Source of the DNA: a phage
Sequence record: PX930852.1
Reading direction: 5' to 3' (one strand)
Length of the DNA: 64,000 nt
The first letter of the stretch is position 1. Every line of letters starts with the position of its first letter. Of the stretch, positions 28,808 to 39,609 are shown piece by piece. The notes under the pieces are model-generated. The model saw only the letters and a program-made list of their open reading frames with translations. It did no database searches and had not been told where the DNA came from. Position numbers and translations under genes: made by a program.

Positions 28808-29254
28808 TTAAACACTTGACGCTGGAATTGTAGAAGTGTAGTCTAGCTTCTCACAACCAAAAATCCAAGTTTTAGAGTTCTGGTCACGACCAAGTTCAAT
28901 CTGCGGTAATTCCTGCAACCAAGCATTAATACCAGTTGCCAGAACAGAGCCTGATGGGTCGTAGATTACGAAGTTAGAAGAGATATCTTCTTCAAGTTCC
29001 ATATTGTCTTGTTTAGCTTGAATTGCAGAAAGCATCTGGTTAGAGAGAGAAGTCTGCATTAACTCAATCTCAATAGTACCTGTCTTGTCTGCATTTCTTG
29101 TCAGAGCAACTTGACCACCTGCACCAACAACTGGTGTCACAAGTGGTGATGTTCTCTGTAGACGCAAGAATGAATCTGGGGCAAAGCCTTCAATGGCAAT
29201 ACCATTCCAGCTACATACAACGTCTTTAGGGGAATATTGCTGATACATAGCCAT
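28808..29254 (-). CDS. tail tube protein
   Basis: 148 aa directly downstream of sheath gene; followed by strong terminator. Confidence 0.6.
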   Translation of the reverse strand: MAMYQQYSPKDVVCSWNGIAIEGFAPDSFLRLQRTSPLVTPVVGAGGQVALTRNADKTGTIEIELMQTSLSNQMLSAIQAKQDNMELEEDISSNFVIYDPSGSVLATGINAWLQELPQIELGRDQNSKTWIFGCEKLDYTSTIPASSV

Positions 29255-29269
29255 TCCAATTTACCTCTA

Positions 29270-30622
29270 TTATTCGTAAGCCACTGTACCTTTCAAGTCA
29301 ACATCCAAGATAGCCCCTGCTAAGATACCTGCGAAGGTAACGTCTTTCAGGATACGTGCTTTCTTGTCTGCTAAAGCAACTTGAGAGGCTTTAGGAACAT
29401 TAACTGTGTAAGATGACAGGAAGTTTCTGTTGACTGCTCTTTGCAGAGAGGTTTCAATGACTTGACGAATACGAGTAATACCAGTATCATCATAAGTAAT
29501 CTTACCACCCTTCTGGTTAATTAGCAAGTCTCTCAGAGAAGTTTTCAGGTCTGATTCTAACCAGTCAACACCACGGATGATATCAATCCATTCCCCACCA
29601 GAAGTAATCCCTCTACGAACCACTGGAACACCACCATCAAGGTCAATAAAGTTACAGTGACGTGCATCTAAAGCAGACTTCTGAATACTTGTCAGAGGTC
29701 TCTGATTAGATGGTTGTAGAGAAGCTGCTACACCAGTTAGCTGAGCATTACCCCAAGCAATCGAACCTGCGTCATATGGAGCACCATAAGCAATGTATGC
29801 CATCTCTGGATAATCTTCTGCTGCTGTGTGATGCCACAAGCAAACTGTACGAGTGTACATATTCTTAGCAAGCTGTGCTGGAACATCATTTGCACTGGCT
29901 AATTCTGTGCCTTGCAGTGCTGCTACATCTGAGTTAGCCGTAAAGAAGATTTTCTTGCGAGCCTGAATCTCAGAAGCCATTGCTAAGACAAACTGTTGAG
30001 TTCTGTCTTCTGCTGCAATGAAATACCAGTCAGTAGAATAAGCTTCGATAGCTGCCAGAGCAGTTGATGCTGTATCGGCAGTTGTACTTGCAATGTATAC
30101 AGTCTGTGCTGTGGTTGTTACTTTCACAAAGTCATTATCACCAGCTTTGGTAATAATCATTGTGGCAGAGCCATTGCTACCAGTTACATTCACAGAAACC
30201 TTATCTTTGATTGTTGGGTCAGCTTCAATCTGTGTTTTAAACTGTTGCAACACTACCTCAGCAGTGTCTGAGTCTTGTGCTGTGTACTGGTATGGTTGAG
30301 AAATTCCACCGCCAGCAGCTACAGTAATTGAGTAGTCTGTACTTTCGGTAACGGCATCAGGAATTGATACAGTGTACTGCATAGCACGTCTACCAATATA
30401 AAGCTGAGTTACTTTAGGAGTCTGACTCCAAAGTTGTTTAGCAGCCTTATATGCAGCAGAGTTTTCATCGAAATCTTCAGCAACTTCAGTTAAGGAAGTG
30501 TAACCACGTACTCTTTCTTCAAAATTATCTGTTGAAGCTAAGAATAGTGGCAAACCAAAACCTTCTCTTGTAGTTCCTGCGGTGTTCAATGTAATATCTA
30601 CATTAACAATTGGATTCCACAT
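29270..30622 (-). CDS. tail sheath protein
   Basis: 450 aa; sheath-tube-chaperone-tape measure gene order of contractile-tail phages. Confidence 0.65.
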   Translation of the reverse strand: MWNPIVNVDITLNTAGTTREGFGLPLFLASTDNFEERVRGYTSLTEVAEDFDENSAAYKAAKQLWSQTPKVTQLYIGRRAMQYTVSIPDAVTESTDYSITVAAGGGISQPYQYTAQDSDTAEVVLQQFKTQIEADPTIKDKVSVNVTGSNGSATMIITKAGDNDFVKVTTTAQTVYIASTTADTASTALAAIEAYSTDWYFIAAEDRTQQFVLAMASEIQARKKIFFTANSDVAALQGTELASANDVPAQLAKNMYTRTVCLWHHTAAEDYPEMAYIAYGAPYDAGSIAWGNAQLTGVAASLQPSNQRPLTSIQKSALDARHCNFIDLDGGVPVVRRGITSGGEWIDIIRGVDWLESDLKTSLRDLLINQKGGKITYDDTGITRIRQVIETSLQRAVNRNFLSSYTVNVPKASQVALADKKARILKDVTFAGILAGAILDVDLKGTVAYE

Positions 30623-31222
30623 TTATTTTACCCCTTTGGAGTCTACATCTAGATGGATAGTATATTCTGGTGGCTCTTGTCCTTCTTCATAAACCAACTC
30701 ACCATCAACAATGACACGCTCAATAATACTTCCACGTTCATCCTTCAGGACTGAGTTTTTTACAAGAGTTACAACAAGAGGTGCAGAATTTTCGAAATCT
30801 GTATTGAGATAAGTGTAATCATTTGGGATTGCTCCAGTGTCCAGTACTGTAGCTCCTGTTTCTTCAAGGATTAAATCTCTGACTGAACTCATCTCTAATC
30901 GTTGTTTAAGCTCAAGCATAATACTGTGAGCACCTTTACCATTCACCGTAATTAACACTGGAATCTGAAAAGCAATTCTGTAGCAAACTACATCATCCTC
31001 AACAAACTTATCAAGAACCCAACCATAAGGTGTTGCAGCATCTTGACAGTATACGGTGATAAATGGCTGGTCAGGTTTTAAACCTTTGTCATTTGAGTTA
31101 TCAGAAGGGTAAGCTCTAATTACATTTGGTCTATTATTCTTATCACGAGCTAGTCTGTGACCAATAACATCCACTAAGGTTCTAACTAGACCTTTTTCAA
31201 GTTCTGCTGTTTCTAACTGCAT
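30623..31222 (-). CDS. putative head-tail joining/tail completion protein
   Basis: ORF between capsid and sheath genes. Confidence 0.4.
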   Translation of the reverse strand: MQLETAELEKGLVRTLVDVIGHRLARDKNNRPNVIRAYPSDNSNDKGLKPDQPFITVYCQDAATPYGWVLDKFVEDDVVCYRIAFQIPVLITVNGKGAHSIMLELKQRLEMSSVRDLILEETGATVLDTGAIPNDYTYLNTDFENSAPLVVTLVKNSVLKDERGSIIERVIVDGELVYEEGQEPPEYTIHLDVDSKGVK

Positions 31223-31598
31223 TCATTTTATCCCTTCTAATAATGATATATTCATAATGGGACGTATGGGCTAATTGCTGTGACCAATCCATAGTCATAA
31301 ATACTTCATACTCATGACCATCAATCATAACAATGTCAGACTCATTCCACTCTACATCATCTGAAGTTCTAAGCTTATATGTGGTATACAGGATTCTTGT
31401 ATCAGTAAGCCTAATACCTTCCGGTAAAGCAATCTGTGTACCATTCTTTACAGAACCTTTGATATATGGCTGGATATTACCTTTACAGTTGACCTCTACA
31501 ATATCTTGCGAAGCTACCCAATCACCATCATCGTTATAATAACCGTCTTCAGAGACTTTACGCTTTACTACAAAGCTGTGTCTGTTTAAGAGTCTCAT
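31197..31598 (-). CDS. putative head-tail connector protein
   Basis: ORF between capsid and sheath genes. Confidence 0.4.
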   Translation of the reverse strand: MRLLNRHSFVVKRKVSEDGYYNDDGDWVASQDIVEVNCKGNIQPYIKGSVKNGTQIALPEGIRLTDTRILYTTYKLRTSDDVEWNESDIVMIDGHEYEVFMTMDWSQQLAHTSHYEYIIIRRDKMNAVRNSRT

Positions 31599-32077
31599 TT
31601 CTTAATACCCTTCTTAGTAGAAATTTTATAAGCAAGGTTATCTCTTAAGTCACCTGTCTCAACAAGAGGTGCGTTAAAGCCTTTTTTCTTGACTGTGGAA
31701 GGTGCGTTAGGAGGGAGGATAGCAGAATTACCAAAACCCCTTTTAATTGCCTTTTGAGCATTCTTTGCAAATGCTTCTAAGGTATTTGAAGGGTCTGTGT
31801 TGAGACTGCTAAGTTGCTTATATAGATTCTTCTTAGTCTGCTCTAACAAGGTCTGTTTGTTTAGCATCATAGTGATTTCAAACAACCTACGATATACTTT
31901 ACCAGAAGCTGAAGGAACCCCAATAACTTCTTGTAAATACATTAAAGCAGGATAAGAAAAACCAGAGCTATGTTGACCTTGTTCTTGAAAATACCCAACT
32001 TGAGCATTAGCCGTTTGCAAGTTCTTCATAGCCCCGACTAATTTTGCTCTAGCGGGGTGAATAACCCTTTTAACCAT
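31595..32077 (-). CDS. putative head completion protein
   Basis: ORF between capsid and sheath genes. Confidence 0.4.
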   Translation of the reverse strand: MVKRVIHPARAKLVGAMKNLQTANAQVGYFQEQGQHSSGFSYPALMYLQEVIGVPSASGKVYRRLFEITMMLNKQTLLEQTKKNLYKQLSSLNTDPSNTLEAFAKNAQKAIKRGFGNSAILPPNAPSTVKKKGFNAPLVETGDLRDNLAYKISTKKGIKK

Positions 32078-32526
32078 TATTCATCTCGCTCGATAATAAA
32101 TACGCCATTAACACGGTTGCAGTAATCTCTGCCTTCGTATCTGGCAGCATCACCATATTCTGTGTATTTCTTGACAGAGCAAGGATTCTGACGACGCATG
32201 TCAATATCACACTGATTAATACCACCTGCATAGGGTAGTCCTGAAACAGAGCTTTTAACAAGGTCGTCATAAACAGCTTTCAGAGATTTGAATCTGGAAG
32301 AGTTACGTAAATAGACACCACCAACTTTCTCATCTCCCATCTTGGCTACTTGAAAGAGTAAATATTTAAGAGCTTTGATGGCTGCTTTCTTTTCATCCTT
32401 TCCAGATTCTAGATAGAACCACTCTAGCACAGACTGTTCAATAAGAATTTCATCATTATTGGTGTCTGTGCAGAGGATTCTTACTCTATCAAGAGGGTTA
32501 TTGGCTGGGTCGCCTGTATAGCACAT
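32077..32526 (-). CDS. putative head-tail adaptor
   Basis: ORF immediately downstream of major capsid gene. Confidence 0.4.
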   Translation of the reverse strand: MCYTGDPANNPLDRVRILCTDTNNDEILIEQSVLEWFYLESGKDEKKAAIKALKYLLFQVAKMGDEKVGGVYLRNSSRFKSLKAVYDDLVKSSVSGLPYAGGINQCDIDMRRQNPCSVKKYTEYGDAARYEGRDYCNRVNGVFIIERDE

Positions 32527-32547
32527 TTATAACCCTCCTTAAGAATA

Positions 32548-33654
32548 TTAGTCTGGTTTAGCGTCAGAACGAACGTCTACCAGCAACTGAGGACGAGTAC
32601 AGTATGGCAGCATGTAAGAGTGAGCTTCAAAGTCGATACCTTCGTCACGGTCTTTTTCGTATTCGAATACGTACAGTTCCTGACCAAGTGTATTTGCATA
32701 ACCCATCTTAGGACATGGACCATATGCAACTTCGAAGATGTTGTTTGCTTCACCCAGCATAGAAACGTTAGGGAAAGCATGACCAACACCAACAGTTGCT
32801 GCTGCACCATCAATGCTCACCAGAGTGTGAACCTTACCACGCTTGTCTTTGAACTTACCGTTGTACTGGACAAACTTAACACCACCGTAGTAGAAAGTGT
32901 TCATGTGGGCCTGAACGCCGTCAGTACCACCAGTTCTCAGAGAACCAGTAATCTGCTGCCAAGCCAGTGGAGTCTGCTGTGCAAGATAAGCGTCACGAAT
33001 CTTAGGATGCTTAACCAGTTTGCTGAAGAACACACGGTCAACAACTACGTGAATTTCTTCACCGTTGATTACAGTGCCAGTCTTAGCTTCGTCTTCCATG
33101 TGCATACGCAGTTCTTCAATAGAAGCGTCGATGTCAGCATTAGGGTTGTCAAGGTCGAAGTAAACAGTCTTCTTCTCAACGTCGAACTGCTTGTACAGGT
33201 CAGCGTACAGAGTACCACGAGCATCAACAACTTTACCCTTCAGAGCTTGCATAAACAGGAACTCACGAGTAATATCGAACTTGGTACGAATCTTCATCAG
33301 CTTCTTAGCACGTACTACAGCTTCAGTAGTCAGTTCGTTTGCAGTGCCTGGCTGACGTACACCCTGAATTTCATCAGGAGTGATGCTTTCAACTTCTTTG
33401 AAGTACATCATTGGGAAGCTGATTTGACGAACACGCTCAGGTGCGCTAGTCTCTGCTTTACGGCTATCACGGTCTACCGCATCAAGCAAGCTAACATCCC
33501 AATCAGTCAAGTCCATAAGGAAAGTAGTTTGGGTGATTGGTGCTGAACGGAACAGACCTAAGTTGGAAATATACCCATAAGTATTTGGGATAGACTGGAC
33601 TTCACCAGTCAGGTCAGCAAGGAAAAATCTGCTTTTTTCAGAATTAGTCAACAT
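32548..33654 (-). CDS. major capsid protein
   Basis: 368 aa; downstream of protease/scaffold gene; strong RBS; expected high-expression position. Confidence 0.7.
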   Translation of the reverse strand: MLTNSEKSRFFLADLTGEVQSIPNTYGYISNLGLFRSAPITQTTFLMDLTDWDVSLLDAVDRDSRKAETSAPERVRQISFPMMYFKEVESITPDEIQGVRQPGTANELTTEAVVRAKKLMKIRTKFDITREFLFMQALKGKVVDARGTLYADLYKQFDVEKKTVYFDLDNPNADIDASIEELRMHMEDEAKTGTVINGEEIHVVVDRVFFSKLVKHPKIRDAYLAQQTPLAWQQITGSLRTGGTDGVQAHMNTFYYGGVKFVQYNGKFKDKRGKVHTLVSIDGAAATVGVGHAFPNVSMLGEANNIFEVAYGPCPKMGYANTLGQELYVFEYEKDRDEGIDFEAHSYMLPYCTRPQLLVDVRSDAKPD

Positions 33655-33687
33655 TGTAAAATTCTCCAGAATGTCTTATTATTGTTA

Positions 33688-34065
33688 TTACAGGCCAGTT
33701 GGTACGAAATCAATACCTTTAGCAGCCAGAGCTTTCTTGACGTTCTCAGCATTAACACCAGACTCAAGAGTAAGCATGTCTTTCAGTTCTGCGTCGCGGT
33801 AAATACCAACGACTTTCAACTGACCGTGGTAAGACAGTTGCAGGTCTGCATAAAAGTTAACGATACATACAGAATCAGCCTGAGCTTCTTCCCCTGCTGC
33901 AACTTTAGTACCATCTGCTTTCAGGACTTCACCTACACGGTATTCTGTTGAAGCAACTGGAGTGTACTCTTTGCGAGAGTGACCTGTTGGGGTAACCTGT
34001 TCCCAAAGAATGATATCATTCAGAGGTTCTCTTTTACCTAAGTGAGTAAAACCTTCATATGCCAT
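33688..34065 (-). CDS. putative head decoration/capsid-associated protein
   Basis: 125-aa ORF between protease-scaffold and capsid genes. Confidence 0.4.
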   Translation of the reverse strand: MAYEGFTHLGKREPLNDIILWEQVTPTGHSRKEYTPVASTEYRVGEVLKADGTKVAAGEEAQADSVCIVNFYADLQLSYHGQLKVVGIYRDAELKDMLTLESGVNAENVKKALAAKGIDFVPTGL

Positions 34066-34076
34066 TATTGTGTTCC

Positions 34077-35423
34077 TTATTTGATAAGAGATTTTAGAGC
34101 ATTCTGGAGAGCCAGTTTGCGTTGTTCAGCGGTGTCTTCGGAAGCATTCTTAGCTGGTTCTTTTTCTTCTTCAACCAAATCAGCTTCGCCGTCATTACCC
34201 ATTTCTTCCATAGCATTAGAATGTTCAAGAACAGCACCAGCAGTTTCTTTCAGCTTGGTAATTTCTGATTCTTTTTCTTCCATTGCAGAAGCATGGGACG
34301 CGATAGTTTCATTAAGTTTCTGGTTAGCACCTTCCATAGCATTCATAAACAGAACGCTCAGAGGGTTATCAAGACCAGCACCTAAAATAGTCGTTGCAGC
34401 TTCTTTTGCATCAAACCCAAAAGCTTCAGCAGAAGCAGAAATCTTATTAGTCAAATCTGACAAAGCAGCTTCCTGTTCTTTAGCTTTCATTTGAGCAACC
34501 TGAAGACGCAAAGCTTCTAGTTCTTGCTTTTCTTGTTCAGTCATTTCTTCACCTGAATTGTTAACGTTTAAACTTACAGGAGCCTCTTCAGAACCTTGTA
34601 AGTAATTTAAGAAATCATCTTGAGACATGATTGAGTTAATTAAACCAAGTTCAAGAGCTTCCTGAGCAGAATAAACATTCGCCTCAGTATTCTTTACAGC
34701 TTCTTCAGAGAGATTACGCGATTCAGCTACAAAGCCTGTAAAGGTTGAGTAGGTATCATTAATTCTCTTTTGAAGTCTTTCTTTGCTTTCTTCTGAAAGT
34801 GCTTGGAATGGTGAACCCATACCTTTAAACTCACCAGCTTTGATGACGTTAATTGTTACGCCATTCTTTTCAAATGCCTTAGTTAATTCCTGATGAACCA
34901 TGATTACACCAATAGAACCAACATCTGCATCTGGTGATGCAATAATTTCTTCAGCAGAAGATGCAAGAGCGTATGCAGCGGAACAAGCGAACTCATCTAC
35001 ATAAGCAATAATTTTCTTTTGGCCTCTTGAAGCCATAATGTGACGTGCTAATTCAAAGCAACCTGAAGCTTCACCACCACCAGAATCGATGTGCAGAACA
35101 ATAGTCTTGATTGACTCATCTGCTAAAGCTTCGTCAAAGCCTCTACGCAAACCTTCATAAGAACTTAATCCACCTGTACACATTGCATCAATGAATGTCA
35201 TACGATGGGTTAAACCACCCATAATAGGGATAATAGCAATGTCATCTTTCACTTTTAAAAGACTTCTTGCTTCACCTTTGGGTTTATCAAAGTTTACTGC
35301 TGCTTGGACATCACCCAGCAATCTGTTATTCACATAAGTTGCTGCTGAGTGAGCTAATGATTCAGTGGCTAGTAAAGGTTGGTTGAATAATCTATCAGCA
35401 AGTCTGAAGATATTCGAACTCAT
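34077..35423 (-). CDS. prohead protease fused to scaffold-like domain (S49/ClpP-fold)
   Basis: N-terminal serine peptidase-like block (IDSGGGE..SIGV), C-terminal acidic coiled-coil region. Confidence 0.65.
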   Translation of the reverse strand: MSSNIFRLADRLFNQPLLATESLAHSAATYVNNRLLGDVQAAVNFDKPKGEARSLLKVKDDIAIIPIMGGLTHRMTFIDAMCTGGLSSYEGLRRGFDEALADESIKTIVLHIDSGGGEASGCFELARHIMASRGQKKIIAYVDEFACSAAYALASSAEEIIASPDADVGSIGVIMVHQELTKAFEKNGVTINVIKAGEFKGMGSPFQALSEESKERLQKRINDTYSTFTGFVAESRNLSEEAVKNTEANVYSAQEALELGLINSIMSQDDFLNYLQGSEEAPVSLNVNNSGEEMTEQEKQELEALRLQVAQMKAKEQEAALSDLTNKISASAEAFGFDAKEAATTILGAGLDNPLSVLFMNAMEGANQKLNETIASHASAMEEKESEITKLKETAGAVLEHSNAMEEMGNDGEADLVEEEKEPAKNASEDTAEQRKLALQNALKSLIK

Positions 35424-35434
35424 TTTTACTCACC

Positions 35435-35767
35435 CTATTTGTTTAAATCTACAGAGACTGAAGAGATAACATAGATACCTTCTTCAGCAAAGAATTGAGG
35501 TTTGCTAAGAGCACCAGTTGCCACGCATTTATCGTTAGCATCCCACAAGCTATAGTGTGAGACCGTTGCAGAAGCTGGAACAGTGATATTAACTGTGTCT
35601 TCTGAGGCAATTAAGCCATTATCCGGTTCAGAAAAATAAATAGCCACTGGCTGAGTAACCTTATTTGCTGTAGGGTCTGCCGTTGGGTCTACATTGTGTA
35701 AAATAATAGTCGTTGGGGTTAGCGTGGCGAGGATTTTATTCTTACCATCAATAGTTAATGTTCCCAT
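35435..35767 (-). CDS. hypothetical structural protein (110 aa)
   Basis: ORF between portal and protease genes. Confidence 0.4.
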   Translation of the reverse strand: MGTLTIDGKNKILATLTPTTIILHNVDPTADPTANKVTQPVAIYFSEPDNGLIASEDTVNITVPASATVSHYSLWDANDKCVATGALSKPQFFAEEGIYVISSVSVDLNK

Positions 35768-36267
35768 TAATTAAACCTTACTTTTTGTTTAAGGACTGTT
35801 GAATGGTTACCAGATTCATCTACCACATTTACAATCATATCATATACTTTGCCTTTGACAAGTACTTTGTAATCATTTTGTGAAAAAATGTATTCAAGTC
35901 TGTTTGTTTCTTTATTAACTGTCATTGGAGATTGAAATGCAGTGTCGAGGGTAATGAAAGCGGCTTCAATGCTATTAACATTGATACGTTTATTCTCGCA
36001 GTTATATAACTTTACACCCAAAAGGCATGAACTGTCAAATGGAATTTTAACAATTTCACTACAATTTCCTGAAATAAACGGTTTTCCACTCATTGGAGCA
36101 TCAAGTAACCTACAAATAGTGAAAACGTCAGAGGTTCCACCATCACTTACATAACCTGAAAGGCTGACCCTTGAGCCAGCCTCTACAGATAATTTGTCAG
36201 TGATAATAAGAACACCTCTATACGAATGCACTCGTGTAGCATTTGAAATAGAGATAACTTCAGCCAT
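35767..36267 (-). CDS. hypothetical structural protein (166 aa)
   Basis: ORF between portal and protease genes. Confidence 0.4.
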   Translation of the reverse strand: MAEVISISNATRVHSYRGVLIITDKLSVEAGSRVSLSGYVSDGGTSDVFTICRLLDAPMSGKPFISGNCSEIVKIPFDSSCLLGVKLYNCENKRINVNSIEAAFITLDTAFQSPMTVNKETNRLEYIFSQNDYKVLVKGKVYDMIVNVVDESGNHSTVLKQKVRFN

Positions 36268-37742
36268 TATTTATTTGCCTTATTTGCTGTGCTTGGGTCT
36301 TTCGCTGAAGGTGTCTTTGCAGTACCTTCTCCAGCGGTCTTATAACCATCTCCTGAGCGGCTTTGACTATTTGGAGAAAGCTTTTCAGATACTGGCTGAG
36401 ATTCATCAGCAGGAGGAAGACCAATATGCTCTCTAAGCTTGTTAGATAGCTCTTTGTCAACTTCCAAAGCACCTACTGCAACAGTCTTCTGAATATAAGA
36501 ACCAATTGCTTCAAGGTCTGGAGTTTCGATATCATCATATGTGATTTGTACATGTTCTTCATCATCCCACATATTAAGAGCATAAGTCTGTGCAACTAAG
36601 TCACGGTTAATTACGTTCTTAATTTGCTTAAGCAGAATATCTACTGACATCGCTAGTAAGCTTGTCTTAGAATCTGCAAGAGAGAATGAACCGTATTTTG
36701 ACTGACCCATAGCAAGAACATCTGACATAAATGCCATCATAATCTGCTTGGAATATCTGTCAATAATAGAACCTGTATCGTATGCTTTAGCACCCTGTCT
36801 AGAAACTAATGAGAACTCGAAAATATCCTCTTTAGTTTCTGGGTCGATATATCTAGGCCAGATTAAACCCGCTCTATCATTAGCAATCATATCGTTAACA
36901 ACAGTTTTGCAGTATTGTACGAAAGCTTTCTTTTCAGGTTCTGCATTTTCATCCAGATAATCTGGTGGTAAACCAATCTTTGGCATACCTACTAAATCTC
37001 TTGAGACACCAACAGCTTCGTACTCTTCAATCTGAACTTTATACTTCCACGGTACATAAGCATTAAGTAATGGTGAGCGACCTTCTGGGTTTCCATATTC
37101 ATCGTCATACTTAAACAGCATGAATTTAGCTCGTGGAAGTTTTCTTGTTAGTGGTCTTTCTCCGAGATTAATTGCTCCAGCAATATGTGAAACATTTCTC
37201 AGATTCTGCCTAACACCAGTAACTTTTCTAAAGTCTTCGTCAAAATACCACTTATCAAGTGTTGATTGGTTTCTAATTGGTAATTTAGCCCATCCAATTA
37301 GACCATCATCAAATTTAGACTGATACTTTCCTTTTTTACCCTGACGCTTCTTATAAACTTTCTCGTTAACACAGAACCCATAAGTGCAGAATGACATTAC
37401 AGAATTAATAAAATCTGCCCAATCATGCTCCATGTCATCCATTAAAGAATTAAAGAAGTCTGCTCTTTCAAGCATTTTAGGGTCTTGCTCTTTTCCCTTT
37501 GGAGGTACGAATCTCCAGTTGACTTTTCTGACAAACATCTTAATAATATTTACAGATGCTGCTACAGCAGGGTCACGCATCATTAATTGGAAAGTTTTAA
37601 TACTTTCAGGGAACCTTAGTGCCTGACGAGGTTCTTCATAGATTCTTCCATTCTTAACCTTCAGACCCAAAGAACCTACTTCACCCATTCTAAATGGTGG
37701 TAAGCTTTCTTGTGTTTCTGTAATATCTGCCATTCTTCTCAC
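36267..37742 (-). CDS. portal protein
   Basis: 491 aa directly downstream of large terminase; typical size and position. Confidence 0.6.
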   Translation of the reverse strand: MRRMADITETQESLPPFRMGEVGSLGLKVKNGRIYEEPRQALRFPESIKTFQLMMRDPAVAASVNIIKMFVRKVNWRFVPPKGKEQDPKMLERADFFNSLMDDMEHDWADFINSVMSFCTYGFCVNEKVYKKRQGKKGKYQSKFDDGLIGWAKLPIRNQSTLDKWYFDEDFRKVTGVRQNLRNVSHIAGAINLGERPLTRKLPRAKFMLFKYDDEYGNPEGRSPLLNAYVPWKYKVQIEEYEAVGVSRDLVGMPKIGLPPDYLDENAEPEKKAFVQYCKTVVNDMIANDRAGLIWPRYIDPETKEDIFEFSLVSRQGAKAYDTGSIIDRYSKQIMMAFMSDVLAMGQSKYGSFSLADSKTSLLAMSVDILLKQIKNVINRDLVAQTYALNMWDDEEHVQITYDDIETPDLEAIGSYIQKTVAVGALEVDKELSNKLREHIGLPPADESQPVSEKLSPNSQSRSGDGYKTAGEGTAKTPSAKDPSTANKANK

Positions 37743-37749
37743 CTAGCTA

Positions 37750-39366
37750 TCAACGTCTAAGCCCCTCATATGGGTTTCCTCTCACTAAATCTGTGTGAGC
37801 ACCCATTGATGGTGGCTTGAATAATTTAACTTCGTTAAGACTGTTGAAAGCATCACTGGTAGCATCCACTTGGTCATCTTTAGTTTTGCCATCACCACAA
37901 AAGCCTTCAAGCTCTTGAAAGTAAGCTTCGTTCCAACTACCTCTCAAGACTTTCACAAGTCCAGCTTCAGAAGCAGCAGAAAACCCCGCAAATCGGGTAA
38001 CTTTATCTTTATTTGTTGGTTTGGCTCTTGCACGATAACCTTTCTCGGCAAGTTTCCTGATGAGGGATGTTGCGTAGGATTTACCAGCAGCGCCTGGGTC
38101 TTGAGGGATAAAAATACCAGTTCGCTTACCGTCACTTTCAGCAGTCAAATTAATTTGTGTTTCGACTCCAGAGGGTCTATCTCTAAATCTTACTACATCA
38201 ATGATATAATAGCAACCGTCTTTTTTAGATTTACCCATCTTAACACCTGCTGTCCAGTCTGGATTAGGGTTAATCTCAGATGGTAAAGTTGCTGCTAAGT
38301 CCCATGCTCTAACATCAAATACATCTTCTGGGAGTGAATCAACAATCTCACACCACTGTCTTTGCCAATAGTTTGAACCTTCTGCACGAGCCTTCCAGTT
38401 ACCGAAACGAAGTCTTGCAACGTTTACAGGGGTGTTGTTTTCCAACTTACCACGGTACTTAGGTTCTAAGAAGTCAAGGATTGGGTTATCATCAATCGTA
38501 CCAGAGATGAATGTGTATGTTTGAGGAATCTCAAGAGGGAACATTTCAAGAATCTTATCCCTTTCCCAATCAGAAACCATCACACCATCATTCATTACAT
38601 ACCATCGAATACGACCACACTTTTCAGGGTCTGGATAGCCTTCTTCATCTAAGAATGGCTCTACCCAATCGTAAATAAAGTGGTCTCTGTCTGGGTTCAT
38701 GGAAATCTTCATGTATGAATCGCCTTCAGCACCAGAACGTAGACGGGTTTGTAGGTATGAAATCTGTGAAGCAGAGAAGTGTGTACCTTCGTCAAAGTAA
38801 ATAGCTGAGTATTCAATACCCTGATGACCTTCAGCGTGCTTTTCAAGTTCTAGGTAGGTAAACTTGATAGTTGCCCCAGAAGGGAATGTGATAGTCATTT
38901 TCTGCTCGTGAGGAATCCCACCAAACTTACCAAATAGTTTCTTTGCAGCAGGCCATAAACCACCTTGTAGCTGTGTTGTATTTCGACGGAAATATACAGC
39001 ATTATAGTTAGGGTCTTCAATAAATCTTAGAGAGTCCATTAACAATGCAGCAGTTTTACCAGCACCAGCAGCACCACCATAAAGAACCAAGTCAGCATTA
39101 GTATTTAAAAAGACCTCTTGAGAACCCGGCTGAGGGGCTACATAGTTCTTATCAGTCATCAATTTGAAGATAAGTCTAACTTGGTCTGGTGTGTATCTTA
39201 ATAAAGTCAGAATTTGAGTTGGAAGGAATTTAGAGGGGTCTTTACCGAATGATTTGATAATTTCTTTTACTTCATCAGAAAGCCCCAACTCTCCAGCTAG
39301 GACTTTCCTAACATCTTCCACTCGCTTCTGCTTAACAGCATTTAAGTCCATTAAGCGCCTCCGCAA
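37750..39366 (-). CDS. terminase large subunit
   Basis: 538 aa; Walker A GGAAGAGKT near N-terminus; C-terminal nuclease-like acidic residues. Confidence 0.8.
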   Translation of the reverse strand: MRRRLMDLNAVKQKRVEDVRKVLAGELGLSDEVKEIIKSFGKDPSKFLPTQILTLLRYTPDQVRLIFKLMTDKNYVAPQPGSQEVFLNTNADLVLYGGAAGAGKTAALLMDSLRFIEDPNYNAVYFRRNTTQLQGGLWPAAKKLFGKFGGIPHEQKMTITFPSGATIKFTYLELEKHAEGHQGIEYSAIYFDEGTHFSASQISYLQTRLRSGAEGDSYMKISMNPDRDHFIYDWVEPFLDEEGYPDPEKCGRIRWYVMNDGVMVSDWERDKILEMFPLEIPQTYTFISGTIDDNPILDFLEPKYRGKLENNTPVNVARLRFGNWKARAEGSNYWQRQWCEIVDSLPEDVFDVRAWDLAATLPSEINPNPDWTAGVKMGKSKKDGCYYIIDVVRFRDRPSGVETQINLTAESDGKRTGIFIPQDPGAAGKSYATSLIRKLAEKGYRARAKPTNKDKVTRFAGFSAASEAGLVKVLRGSWNEAYFQELEGFCGDGKTKDDQVDATSDAFNSLNEVKLFKPPSMGAHTDLVRGNPYEGLRR

Positions 39367-39372
39367 ATAGAA

Positions 39373-39573
39373 TTATTCAGAGTCTGTAGCAGTCTCTTCT
39401 TTCTTAACTTCGAACTTTGCATCAACAGCATCAAGAAGTGCATCCATAGATGCTTCTTTAATATCAATACCTGTTGCTACAGACAATCTGTCTGCAATTG
39501 CCATGATAGTATTCTGCATAAATTCTAGCTTCTTATTAGCTTCATAAAGTTCTTTATAAATGGTCTCGCTCAT
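39373..39573 (-). CDS. hypothetical protein (66 aa), possible small terminase-associated
   Basis: small ORF immediately upstream of large terminase. Confidence 0.35.
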   Translation of the reverse strand: MSETIYKELYEANKKLEFMQNTIMAIADRLSVATGIDIKEASMDALLDAVDAKFEVKKEETATDSE

Positions 39574-39609
39574 TATGTTTTCTCCAAATAGTTAATCATG
39601 TTTCCCCTT

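Noticed and set aside
32620-33546. 308-aa ORF antisense to the major capsid gene
   Set aside because: It is fully contained in the capsid gene on the opposite strand; Cys/Thr-rich low-complexity translation; no RBS.
34042-34494. 150-aa ORF antisense to the protease-scaffold gene
   Set aside because: Ser/Ala-rich translation of the antisense strand of a GC-skewed coding region; no start context.
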